Part shown: in pieces, positions 29,466 to 39,329 of the stretch
Position numbering within the stretch: position 1 is the first letter of the stretch
Layout: each line of letters starts with the position of its first letter
From: a virus
Taxonomy: Duplodnaviria > Heunggongvirae > Uroviricota > Caudoviricetes
Direction: 5' to 3' (one strand)
DNA length: 64,000 nucleotides
IMG/VR virus record: IMGVR_UViG_3300021963_000032
Made by a program: the position numbers and the translations under genes
Notes under the pieces: model-generated
The model's input: the letters and a program-made list of their open reading frames with translations, nothing else
Databases searched by the model: none
What the model was told of the DNA's origin: nothing

Positions 29466-32400
29466 TAAACAAAGTAAAGTGCGCAATAAAAAATGTTGAT
29501 TACATTTTACACATTGCAGACATCCATTTACGTAATTGGAAAAGACATAAAGAGTTTAAGGAAGTTTTTGATAAAGTGTTCAAGGCGGTAGACGAACTAC
29601 CACCTAATTCTATCGTTACAGTAGGAGGAGATATTGTGCACGCTAAAACTGATATGAGTCCAGAGCTAATCGAAATGGTTACATACCTATTTAATGGATT
29701 AGCAGACAGAGTACCTACAATCGTAATTGCAGGAAATCATGATGCAAACCTAAACAACAAACATAGATTAGATGCATTGACTCCAATCGTAAAAGGATTG
29801 AATCACAATAACTTATTCTACCTACGCAACTCAGGTTTGTTTGAAATTGGAGATATAGCAGTTAGTGTTATGTCTCTGTTGGATGAACCAGAAAAGTATA
29901 TCACCTACGATAAGATCACTGACCCGAACAAGTATAAGAAGCTTGTGGCAATGTTCCATGGTACGATCGCAAATAGTAAGGTAGATAGTGGCTTAACGCT
30001 AGCTCACGGGTTGGACTGGGCAACCTTTGCAGGTTTTGATGTAGTACCATTAGGTGACATTCACAAAAGACAAGTGTTATCAAAACAGAATCCAGCAATA
30101 TTCTATCCAGGATCTTTAGTACAACAAAACTTCGGAGAGGTGTTTGAAGATCACGGATATGCGTTGATAGACTTGACAAAAGAGAAAATTGAATACACCT
30201 TCCATGATATACCAAACGATTACGGTTACTATACTTTAGACGTTGTGGATGGTGTAGTTCCAGCTAATTTACCACTTACCTCTAAAACAAATTTAAGAGT
30301 AAGAACAACAAACACAGACCCGGCTCAACTTAAAAGAGTACTTGCTACAATTAGAAAAGAGTACCGTATTAGAGATGTAATTGTGCAGAGATTAGATCGC
30401 AATTCAGACGGAACTAGCTCTGGTTTGTTGGGTGATGCTATCAATCAAGGAGATGTAAGAAATGTACAGTACCAAAGTCAATTACTAACTGAATACCTTT
30501 CAGCTCAGGGAATAGACGATGATATGATTACGAAGGTTATTGAAATAAACAAAAAGCTAAATCAGGAAATTAACTTACCTGAGATGGCTCGCAATGTGGT
30601 GTGGAAGCCAAAGAAGTTTGAGTTCAGTAATATGTTTTCGTACGGAGAGGATAACGTAATCGACTTCAGCACGAAGCAAGGGACTTGCGGTATATTTGCA
30701 CCTAATCATGCAGGGAAGTCGGCTATTTTAGATGCTTTATGCTTTTGCTTGTTTGATCAGTCATTTCGAGCAAGTAAGGCAGATCAAGTGCTTAATCGTA
30801 AGAAGGAGGACTTCTATTGCAAGTTTAACTTTGAACTAGGTGGACTGGACTATTTTGTTGAAAAAAGAGCTACAAAGTATAGAAGTGGGCCACTTAAAGG
30901 AAAGCTTCGAGTAGATATAGATTTCTGGCATATTAACTCAGAAGGCGATCGAGTATCGCTTAATGGAGAGCAGAGACGAGACACGTCAGCTAACATACAA
31001 TCCTATGTTGGAACCTTTGATGACTTTATTTTGACAGCTCTTTCACTACAGCAAAATAATTCCAACTTCATTGATAAGACTCAAGGAGAGCGTAAGGATT
31101 TGTTAGCTAACTTCCTAGACGTTACTATTTTTGACTCACTTTGTGATTTGGCAAATAAGAACAACAGAAAGACGGTAATATTGCTAGAGGAGTACCAGAA
31201 GCAAGACTTTGAGACAAAGTTGGGTGATGCAGAGAGAGCTAAGGATTTGTATGAAGCAAAGCACGAAGCATCAGTAGCAGAGTTAGAATCAGCACAACAA
31301 TGGATGCAGGATTTAAACGATAAATTGCTCGAATTAAACAGAGAGTTGCAACCGTGTCAAGGTGAGGGATTGGATATCGATAAACTAAACGAATCACTGC
31401 AGCAGAAGTCGGATAGTGTGAAAGATCTAGAAGAAGCTAAGGTAACTAAGGGTTTGGATCATGGAGCTGCATGTGAGGTTTTTGAGCATTGGACGAGGGA
31501 GCTAGAAGTACTTAAAGGATTATTTAACGTATCACTATATAAGGAGTATCAAGCTAGTTTGCAAACCAAACAGAAACTAGATACACAACTCGATACGATG
31601 AAGCTTACAATCAAGAATAAGCTTGAAAAGCTAGATAAACTAAAAGACCATGAGTACGATGCAGATTGCAAGTACTGTATGTCAAATGTGTTTGTTCAAG
31701 ATGCAATGAAAACTCGTGAGGAGCTAGAGAATGATAAAAAGACAGTTGGAGAGTTCTTAGTAGAAAGACAAAAAGTTGTTGATTTTATCGAACAAAATAG
31801 CCCTATCGACCAGGAGGCAATAGTGCTACAAGAGGCGAGTACAGAGCTTAACAAAGCAGCGTTGCTTAAAGGAAAGGAGGAAGCAGCATTTGAGAGATTG
31901 AAAGCTCAGATCGAGCAAACAAAAGGCGAAATACAGAAGATTGAAACTAATATCGACATCTACAACAAGAACACGACAATCCTTGAAAACAACAAACGGA
32001 TCAATGATGAGATAAGTCAGATCAACAAAGAGAAGAATGTACAATCAATAGCTGTATCAAAGCTGAATAACACAGTAAAGGACTATCACGGAAAGGTGCA
32101 AGTTGCTGACCAAACAATTAAGGAGTGTTTGAAGACAATCGATCACATGCAACAGTTGGTAGAGGAGCAGGTGGCTTACGAATTATATTCAAAAGCTATG
32201 TACAAGGATGGTATTCCATATACTTTGATTAGTAAAGCGGTACCATATATTCAGCAGCATACAAACAACATTCTAAACCAAATTATAGACTTCACTGTCG
32301 AATTGGAAACGGATGGTAAAAACATAAACGCGTTTATATGTTACGACGATGATAAGTGGCCACTAGAATTGAGTTCCGGAATGGAACGCTTCATGGCTTC

Positions 32401-32644
32401 GATTGCAATCCGAATTGCATTGATTAAGATTACAAACTTACCTAAGCCCGACTTCATTGCAATCGATGAAGGATTAGGAGTATTGGATAGTAGCAACCTA
32501 AACTCGATGCACACTCTATTCACACATATGAAAGATATATTCAGATTCAGTTTAGTAATTTCACACATTGATGTCGTGCGAGATATGGTCGACACTATAA
32601 TATCAATAGATAAAAAAGACGAACATAGCTACATATCTTGTTAG
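29462..32644 (+). CDS. Fused Mre11/SbcD nuclease and Rad50/SbcC ATPase (gp47-gp46-like)
   Basis: Metallophosphoesterase motifs HIADIH, GGDIVH, AGNHD, LGDIH; Walker A APNHAGKS; hook CKYC; signature LSSGME; Walker B FIAIDEG; H-loop ISH. Confidence 0.92.
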   Translation: MINKVKCAIKNVDYILHIADIHLRNWKRHKEFKEVFDKVFKAVDELPPNSIVTVGGDIVHAKTDMSPELIEMVTYLFNGLADRVPTIVIAGNHDANLNNKHRLDALTPIVKGLNHNNLFYLRNSGLFEIGDIAVSVMSLLDEPEKYITYDKITDPNKYKKLVAMFHGTIANSKVDSGLTLAHGLDWATFAGFDVVPLGDIHKRQVLSKQNPAIFYPGSLVQQNFGEVFEDHGYALIDLTKEKIEYTFHDIPNDYGYYTLDVVDGVVPANLPLTSKTNLRVRTTNTDPAQLKRVLATIRKEYRIRDVIVQRLDRNSDGTSSGLLGDAINQGDVRNVQYQSQLLTEYLSAQGIDDDMITKVIEINKKLNQEINLPEMARNVVWKPKKFEFSNMFSYGEDNVIDFSTKQGTCGIFAPNHAGKSAILDALCFCLFDQSFRASKADQVLNRKKEDFYCKFNFELGGLDYFVEKRATKYRSGPLKGKLRVDIDFWHINSEGDRVSLNGEQRRDTSANIQSYVGTFDDFILTALSLQQNNSNFIDKTQGERKDLLANFLDVTIFDSLCDLANKNNRKTVILLEEYQKQDFETKLGDAERAKDLYEAKHEASVAELESAQQWMQDLNDKLLELNRELQPCQGEGLDIDKLNESLQQKSDSVKDLEEAKVTKGLDHGAACEVFEHWTRELEVLKGLFNVSLYKEYQASLQTKQKLDTQLDTMKLTIKNKLEKLDKLKDHEYDADCKYCMSNVFVQDAMKTREELENDKKTVGEFLVERQKVVDFIEQNSPIDQEAIVLQEASTELNKAALLKGKEEAAFERLKAQIEQTKGEIQKIETNIDIYNKNTTILENNKRINDEISQINKEKNVQSIAVSKLNNTVKDYHGKVQVADQTIKECLKTIDHMQQLVEEQVAYELYSKAMYKDGIPYTLISKAVPYIQQHTNNILNQIIDFTVELETDGKNINAFICYDDDKWPLELSSGMERFMASIAIRIALIKITNLPKPDFIAIDEGLGVLDSSNLNSMHTLFTHMKDIFRFSLVISHIDVVRDMVDTIISIDKKDEHSYISC

Positions 32645-32648
32645 GCCA

Positions 32649-32656
32649 TATTTATA
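32649..32656 (+). promoter_or_regulatory. Putative late promoter TATTTATA
   Basis: 4 nt before ATG 32661. Confidence 0.65.
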
Positions 32657-32660
32657 GTAT

Positions 32661-34778
32661 ATGAGCATAACATCTTTCTACAAGAAACAACAACCAAGAG
32701 GGTACGACACTAGCAACTACTATATTGAAGATGCTAGTGCAACCTCTCCTTTTTACTTTAATATACAGCAATTCCCTTCTGTAGTTGGAGGAGGTAGGAG
32801 TGTAATTGTAATAAAGGGTAACGGAAATAATCTTAGACTCAACTCAACAATTGACGTAGAGATAAAGGATGCCAATGGTGATAATGTTTTTGTTGAAATG
32901 ACCAACTACATTGATCGATTCAATAACTACTACATTACATTTGAGGTTTACGACATAACAGCTAAAGGACCAGCAACGGTTTACCTAGTCGGGGAAGCTT
33001 TGGTTGATGAAAATGGCGACAACATTCCGACAGAATACCAAGGTAGGTATAACGTCAGATGGTCACGAAGTATAATGCTACTTCCCTTCGAAAGAAACAA
33101 CGCTGATTTATTTTTTGATAAGCCACCATCAGTTAACATAGTACAAGTTATAACCCCAGAAAGGTCGTTAGTAAGTGAGTCATCTGGATCAGCTTACTCA
33201 GTGTATACTTCTAGTAAAGGAGATTACTCAATGCAGACGTCAAATTTTCAAGGATATGATCGTGACTTCTCAACTAGCGCTGAAATATTAGACACTAGAT
33301 TACAATCAATACTGGCTAACCCAAACCAAAAACCACAAACAACAAACACCGTCAACTCTTCACTAAGAAGAAGAGTCTCTGGTATAGAAAATGGTTATCT
33401 AAGAGATCAATCATCTAGGTACGGTACAGTAGTACTATCAGCTTCTGGATCTATTAAAAAAGATTTCTTAGGAGCTACTTTTAATTTTTTTGACATAGGA
33501 TCGACACCAGATTTCTTATACCCACAACTACCACAAGGTATCGTGTCTTCGGGAAGTGTAAGTAGTCAGTTAGAAGCTTTTGAAGCTAACGTTGTTGAGG
33601 TTATTAATAACAGCCAAATGATTATAAGTAAGCCACTATCTATAGTTACTTTGGATTCAAATCAAGCCAAGAAAGGTTATACAAGCACATTTACCTACAA
33701 AAAGGCAACTAACTTCACTGGTAGCTTAACATACTTACCAAGTGATGGTGCATTTATTACAAGCTCGACAGTAAGTCAGTCATATCTTGAAGCTACATTC
33801 TACGACGTTAAACCAATAAGTGGGGACGTTTATAGAATCAAAACTTATTACAAAAGAGGTATTGCTACGGGAGAGTATAAGTTGATTTATGACCACGTTG
33901 TAAAACCAGTAGAGTATATGACTGATGCTGCATACCCCAACCAAACATCTTACGCTAAGCATGACTCGGATTATAGGTTGATAGGTCATTTTACTACTGA
34001 GGAGATTAAGGATTATTATTGGGATTTTTTTGTAGAGACGCCAACATCTATATACACAGCAACCACTCCAAATATAGCGAGTGCTTCTCTTCACGAATCA
34101 ATAACAACACAAGCAGACTACACACACTCAGCAATTGCAACAACTAAGTATAATCAAAACTACAATGCCAATCAAATTTATACTCTAAGCTGTCTTGTGG
34201 CGTTAGACCCAAATACAGAGGTAGAAGTGTATATGAATAGTGATCCACTCAACACTAATACCTACATAGCAACCTCCTACCCAAGAGCCTTTTCAAAAAC
34301 AATAAACAAAGAAAAAACTAGATACACCGACTCTGTTAATCGTTTTGGAAAGTACATAGGAAGGGTTATTAACGATAGCGACAACGCAAAGTATATTGGC
34401 CGCGTTGAGTTTGATTTCTTAACGGATAGCGATGGACTAGGAAGGCCGGCATTTAGAACAAATACAATTGATAGGTTAAACATAACTGGAAGTGCATATT
34501 TAGCTGAAATAAGCATAAAGCCTCTAACAATGAACGGCTTTTCTCCAAACTTAGTTCAATTTGCAATTCCATTTAACAACGAGATAGACAACATACTTTC
34601 ACTATCTCAGTCACTGGATTTTAAAATAGAATACTTTGATTACACTGGAAGGCAATCGGAGTTTGTAACAAATATAAACGACTTGGTTGTAAACCTTAAA
34701 GGAGAGATACCATCAAACACCTGTCAAACAGAAACTACAACATTCTACTCAGCGGGTTCGCGTGAGTGGTATGATTAA
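32661..34778 (+). CDS. Putative virion structural protein
   Basis: 705 aa, beta- and Ser/Thr-rich, preceded by the late motif. Confidence 0.5.
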   Translation: MSITSFYKKQQPRGYDTSNYYIEDASATSPFYFNIQQFPSVVGGGRSVIVIKGNGNNLRLNSTIDVEIKDANGDNVFVEMTNYIDRFNNYYITFEVYDITAKGPATVYLVGEALVDENGDNIPTEYQGRYNVRWSRSIMLLPFERNNADLFFDKPPSVNIVQVITPERSLVSESSGSAYSVYTSSKGDYSMQTSNFQGYDRDFSTSAEILDTRLQSILANPNQKPQTTNTVNSSLRRRVSGIENGYLRDQSSRYGTVVLSASGSIKKDFLGATFNFFDIGSTPDFLYPQLPQGIVSSGSVSSQLEAFEANVVEVINNSQMIISKPLSIVTLDSNQAKKGYTSTFTYKKATNFTGSLTYLPSDGAFITSSTVSQSYLEATFYDVKPISGDVYRIKTYYKRGIATGEYKLIYDHVVKPVEYMTDAAYPNQTSYAKHDSDYRLIGHFTTEEIKDYYWDFFVETPTSIYTATTPNIASASLHESITTQADYTHSAIATTKYNQNYNANQIYTLSCLVALDPNTEVEVYMNSDPLNTNTYIATSYPRAFSKTINKEKTRYTDSVNRFGKYIGRVINDSDNAKYIGRVEFDFLTDSDGLGRPAFRTNTIDRLNITGSAYLAEISIKPLTMNGFSPNLVQFAIPFNNEIDNILSLSQSLDFKIEYFDYTGRQSEFVTNINDLVVNLKGEIPSNTCQTETTTFYSAGSREWYD

Positions 34779-34790
34779 AAAAACATTAAT

Positions 34791-36155
34791 ATGGCATCAA
34801 CTTACGTATATACTCACGCATTTGATTTTTATTACAAATGGATCCCAACCGGATCTGGTGCGCTTACAAATGTAACATGGAGTCAGCACTACATCTTTAA
34901 CGGAATAGGTAAGCCAAATACAGCAATGAGTGCGTCCTGGTACAACTATCCACCTTTTGGAGTATTAGGAATAACTGGAAGCATACTGACCAGGCAGACT
35001 GCATCTATCACTGGTAAGGATGGAGCACTAGCTTGGAGCAGCGCAGCAAGTGATTTTTTGTGGAATGTACTAACACCATCTGTGTCGATAGCACAATCAA
35101 CAGATGGAGCCGGAAGAGCTACAACATATTATAGGTTTGGATACAATAGTGAGAGTTTCAATTACAAAGAAGGAAAGATTATTGGAAGCGTCTATGGAGT
35201 ACCTACATACCCAATCACATCAAGCTGGATAGCATACGAACCAAGAATGGTCACATATGCCTCAGGAGCATCTAGCCTCGGTTATCAAATGAGAGGTACC
35301 GCTTCTTTTGGCCCATACTTTCCGGCATCATATCTTGGAAACCCATCCAACGCAGCATATAGCTTACCAACAGCATACACATCACCAACCACAACATATC
35401 CACTTGTAGGAAAAAACCCAACAAGCATCACGTATGGATCAAACAGTACGGGGTCAGATGATGGAAGGTTTTTTGATTTAGCTGGCGGTTGTGGAATACA
35501 TAGATCAAGTATTAGTGGGTCACTAGTAACCTTTGCAGCAAGCGCATCTGGAACCTCAGCCAATGCAATAGCAACGTGCAGCGTAGCTTTAAAGAATAGA
35601 CGTTTATTTTTTCCAATTATTAGAAACTCAGGATCTTTTACAAATGGAAACCCGGTAGCGTGGTTATACTTCAATACGGGCAAAGGTTCTAATGAGTTCT
35701 TCACAGAAAATGGTGGAATTTATAACGTAAAGTTTACACTAAAGAGAGATATTACTAATGGTTACTACCCAGACGTGGCTAATGGTAGCGAACTGCTAGT
35801 GTTTATTCATAACGTAAATACTCAGGTACCCTCACCAGCCAACAGAATAGCAGGAGCTAATGGATGGTATCCACCTGAAGCCAATATTGTTAGAATAAAA
35901 AACAACCCAGCCATGGCGTTTAATAACCCAGCGACGGGGTACCTTATCGAGACCTTTAACATAAACGTAGTTCAATATGGAACACCAGCCCAGTTGGTTT
36001 TTGAGGTAACCGGTAGTTTAGCAAATGATGCTTACTTTGGTTGCGTAATTGATGATGTGGAGTTTTGTAAGGTGGGAGTTACAACGGATCCAAATTTAAT
36101 TAAACCAACAACAACTGGTACCACTTTGGTAGAGGCTAATGCAACAAGAACATGA
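34791..36155 (+). CDS. Putative virion structural or receptor-binding protein (Ser/Thr/Gly-rich)
   Basis: Many TGS/SGS/SAS motifs; aromatic-rich beta character. Confidence 0.5.
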   Translation: MASTYVYTHAFDFYYKWIPTGSGALTNVTWSQHYIFNGIGKPNTAMSASWYNYPPFGVLGITGSILTRQTASITGKDGALAWSSAASDFLWNVLTPSVSIAQSTDGAGRATTYYRFGYNSESFNYKEGKIIGSVYGVPTYPITSSWIAYEPRMVTYASGASSLGYQMRGTASFGPYFPASYLGNPSNAAYSLPTAYTSPTTTYPLVGKNPTSITYGSNSTGSDDGRFFDLAGGCGIHRSSISGSLVTFAASASGTSANAIATCSVALKNRRLFFPIIRNSGSFTNGNPVAWLYFNTGKGSNEFFTENGGIYNVKFTLKRDITNGYYPDVANGSELLVFIHNVNTQVPSPANRIAGANGWYPPEANIVRIKNNPAMAFNNPATGYLIETFNINVVQYGTPAQLVFEVTGSLANDAYFGCVIDDVEFCKVGVTTDPNLIKPTTTGTTLVEANATRT

Positions 36156-36679
36156 TAAATAGTAGTAAATTTCATAACTGTAAAACATCATTTCCAGCAA
36201 TAGAGGGTTTAGGATTAACCGAAACCTTAGGAAAGGTTCGTATCAAGAATATATACCAAACCTGGAATGGAGAGAGTATGAATGATATTCGTGATCGTCA
36301 CGAGAACAATCCATATACACTACGAATAGGAATGCCAGCTGAAGATCAGCGATTAAAAAATGATTCAATATACTTTATATTAGATTACCTATCATACAAT
36401 CCAGTAACAAAGGATGTAGAACAGCGTCAGCTGACACCATTAAGAAATATGGAAAAGCTATACATTGGTCAATCTTTGCAAGAAAAGGAGTATAGTGATT
36501 ATAGATTATTTGTAGATGGAAACGCGGTCGTCGACGATATTTATTTGAAGAAGTACGAAAGTCTGAACAATCAGCCAATTGGTAGATTACTTGTAAATTT
36601 AATGGATACTGTAGAGAAATTAAAGCTAGAAGTCGTCGATCTTAAACGTCAACTTAAAACACAACATATTTATAAGTAA
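36152..36679 (+). CDS. Hypothetical protein with a fibre-chaperone-like C-terminal coiled coil
   Basis: YRLFVDGNAVVDDI...LLVNLMDTVEKLKLEVVDLKRQL. Confidence 0.45.
   Translation: MINSSKFHNCKTSFPAIEGLGLTETLGKVRIKNIYQTWNGESMNDIRDRHENNPYTLRIGMPAEDQRLKNDSIYFILDYLSYNPVTKDVEQRQLTPLRNMEKLYIGQSLQEKEYSDYRLFVDGNAVVDDIYLKKYESLNNQPIGRLLVNLMDTVEKLKLEVVDLKRQLKTQHIYK
36667..36674 (+). promoter_or_regulatory. Putative late promoter TATTTATA, embedded in the 3' end of the upstream CDS
   Basis: 4 nt before ATG 36679. Confidence 0.6.
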
Positions 36680-39003
36680 TGAACAAACTATCTGATTATC
36701 TAGTAGAACAACTCTTGCAAGAGTTAAACCAAGGTGTGACTGTTATGCTTCCTGGTGGATTCAAACCACCACACGCAGGTCACCTGCAGTTGGCAAAGAA
36801 GTATGCATCACTTTCGGAAGTATCGGAAGTAAAAGTACTTATCGGACCTAAAGAGCGTGACGGCATTACAATGAAGCAGTCAATGGAGGTTTGGCAATTG
36901 CTTTTAGGTGGAGTAAGTGGTATCAAAGTTGAGCAAGCGCCAAACGATAATCCAATGCGAGCAGCTTATGAGTTTATCGAAAAAGCAGCACCTGGAACTT
37001 ATGCTTTAGGTTCAAGTTCGAAAGGAAAGGATTACGAAAGAGTTAAGATGTTTGTTGCAGGGCATGCAGATGCAACTGGAACAACTCCAGCAGGTAAGTA
37101 CAACAGACCAAACGTAAGTGTAGTTGAGTTACCAGTTAATGCAGCACCAATGTTATACAAAGGACGTACGGATGATCAAAACGGTCAAGGCATTAGTGCA
37201 AGTACGTTACGTCAAGATTTAGCAGCAGGAGACTTTGTTAACTTCAAAACAAACTACCCAGGAGTTTCAGAACAAGTAGTTCGAGCAATATATACAATCC
37301 TTACGGGATCGCAGCAACTTTCAGAAGCTGTAATAAATGACTACGTTCAAAAGTTAAGAGTAAGATTCAAAGCTTTTTTACTTTCAATTAAGAAAGAAGG
37401 TCAAGAAACAAAAAAAGCATTTTCTTTGCTGATGCAGGCTGCTGCTGGTAAAAAAACCCTAACTAAAGAAGAAAAAGAACAGATTGGTAACCAAATGAAG
37501 GATGCGCTAAAGGCAGCCGGATTGTTGGCAGCTTCGGTGCTTCCAGGAGGAACCATCTACTTTATAATCATTCGACTTTTGAAATTAGAGAAGTGGACAA
37601 TGCCAAGTTCATTCCTAAGCAAGAATGCTGTATCAGCAGGAGTTGGTGCTACACTTCTTGAGTATGAATGGAAACCAATCTCAAAAAAAACCACAATAAA
37701 CGAAAACGCAGCTAGGTTGAGAAAAGCCATGAAGTTGACAGAAAGTCGACAAATGCTTAAAGAGGGAGGAGCAGCTGGTCACATGAGTCATCCATTTGAT
37801 GATTTGGATTTAACATTTGACGATGCTTCTAACATGATTGATGCAGCTTTGAGTGGTCAAGTTGAATTTGCTCAAGAGAAGTTAGATGGACAAAACCTAA
37901 TGGTAACTTACAAAGACGGTAAGGTACGAGCAGCAAGAAACAAAGGACAATTAAAAGACTTCGCAGCCAACTCAATCACAGCTGACCAACTAGATCAGAT
38001 GATGGCTGGAAAGGGTGCAGTACAAACTGCATTTGTTGAAGCAATGAGAGATATGGAATCAGCTATCAATAAGCTAGATCCAAAACAAAAAGAAGAGTTT
38101 TTCCAAAACGGAAAGAAGTTTGTAAACTTTGAAGTCCTTTATCCAGGAACAACAAACGTAGTACCTTATGGAGCTACTCAGTTAAGACTTCATGGATTTA
38201 AGGAATACGATAAAGACGGTAATGTAGTAGATGAGGATTCAGATTCAGCTATCATGCTACAAAAAGCTATCGACAACGTTCAAGCTTCTAGTCAAAAAAC
38301 ATATGAGATTAGAGTAACAGATCCAATCACTCTACATAAGACAGCAGATTACGAAAAGCAAAAAGCTGAGTTGCTAAAGCAGCTTGAGAACATTCGTAAG
38401 ACCTACAACCTAGGAGAACAAGAAAAGATGTCTATGTACTTCCAAGCTTGGTGGAAAGCTTACATTGAGCAGAGAGCAAAAGAATTAGGATATAAAGTTC
38501 CAGACAACACGTTACAATTGTTGATCAGTCGTTGGGGATTTGCAGATAAGAGTACCAATGTTAAGGTTTTGAAAGCAGGAATTGATAATCAGGATTTCTT
38601 AAACTGGGTTGATCAATTTGACAAAAACGGAGTAGCTGCACAACAAAAAGAAGCAAAAAGACCATTAGAAAATTTATTCCTTAAATTGGGTGTTTATGTT
38701 CTACAAAACGTACAACAATTAGTAGCGCTTAATCCAAACGACAGTATGCAAAAGATGCGAGATGAGTTAGCAGTTTCCATCCGCACAATTAGAGCAGCTG
38801 CCGCATCACCTGAGATGCAAGATGACGATAAGTCATTACAATTCCTAAAAAGAGAATTACAAAGAGTAAAGGATTTAGGAGGTTTCCAAGCGATTGTACC
38901 AACAGAAGGTATTGTGTTTAAGTATAACGGAAAGCTTTACAAATTAACTGGAGCATTTGCTCCAATCAACCAGATTATTGGATATTTAAAATTTCAACGA
39001 TGA
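36679..39003 (+). CDS. Multidomain protein: HIGH-type nucleotidyltransferase, LETM1-like helical domain and KxDG ligase-like domain
   Basis: PGGFKPPHAGH with later GISASTLR; ASVLPGG...MPSSF; GGAAGHMSHPFD...QEKLDGQN...VNFEV...EGIVF...KLTG. Confidence 0.7.
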   Translation: MNKLSDYLVEQLLQELNQGVTVMLPGGFKPPHAGHLQLAKKYASLSEVSEVKVLIGPKERDGITMKQSMEVWQLLLGGVSGIKVEQAPNDNPMRAAYEFIEKAAPGTYALGSSSKGKDYERVKMFVAGHADATGTTPAGKYNRPNVSVVELPVNAAPMLYKGRTDDQNGQGISASTLRQDLAAGDFVNFKTNYPGVSEQVVRAIYTILTGSQQLSEAVINDYVQKLRVRFKAFLLSIKKEGQETKKAFSLLMQAAAGKKTLTKEEKEQIGNQMKDALKAAGLLAASVLPGGTIYFIIIRLLKLEKWTMPSSFLSKNAVSAGVGATLLEYEWKPISKKTTINENAARLRKAMKLTESRQMLKEGGAAGHMSHPFDDLDLTFDDASNMIDAALSGQVEFAQEKLDGQNLMVTYKDGKVRAARNKGQLKDFAANSITADQLDQMMAGKGAVQTAFVEAMRDMESAINKLDPKQKEEFFQNGKKFVNFEVLYPGTTNVVPYGATQLRLHGFKEYDKDGNVVDEDSDSAIMLQKAIDNVQASSQKTYEIRVTDPITLHKTADYEKQKAELLKQLENIRKTYNLGEQEKMSMYFQAWWKAYIEQRAKELGYKVPDNTLQLLISRWGFADKSTNVKVLKAGIDNQDFLNWVDQFDKNGVAAQQKEAKRPLENLFLKLGVYVLQNVQQLVALNPNDSMQKMRDELAVSIRTIRAAAASPEMQDDDKSLQFLKRELQRVKDLGGFQAIVPTEGIVFKYNGKLYKLTGAFAPINQIIGYLKFQR

Positions 39004-39329
39004 AAGACTTATATAAGCAAATACAAGAGGCAGCAGTAAAGCAAGTATTGCAAGAAAAGAAAGAAGCTATTGCAACTTCGCCTAACACAAACATGACATT
39101 ACACTACAACGCTGACTTCAACGAGGTTGGTGAAAGTGGTTCACCAGAGGTTAGCTTTACAATAAGTGTATCATCTACTGGAGGAAAAGAATTCTACAGA
39201 GCCGTTTCTGATAAAGAGGAGGGGTCAAAATTAGAAGAAGCAGCAAAACTCGAACTACGACGAGCTATGCGAAAGTTTGACAAATACGTAGAGTTAATTT
39301 TAGAAAAATATAAGTTACAAGCAAGATGA
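39000..39329 (+). CDS. Hypothetical protein with a possible capsid-targeting N-terminus
   Basis: MKDLYKQIQE|AAVKQVLQE. Confidence 0.6.
   Translation: MKDLYKQIQEAAVKQVLQEKKEAIATSPNTNMTLHYNADFNEVGESGSPEVSFTISVSSTGGKEFYRAVSDKEEGSKLEEAAKLELRRAMRKFDKYVELILEKYKLQAR

Noticed and set aside
36679-37326. Assigning the HIGH domain to a known NAD+-reconstitution (NARP) pathway
   Set aside because: No partner PRPP-synthetase-like or Nampt gene was recognised in the window, and substrate specificity cannot be read from the motif.
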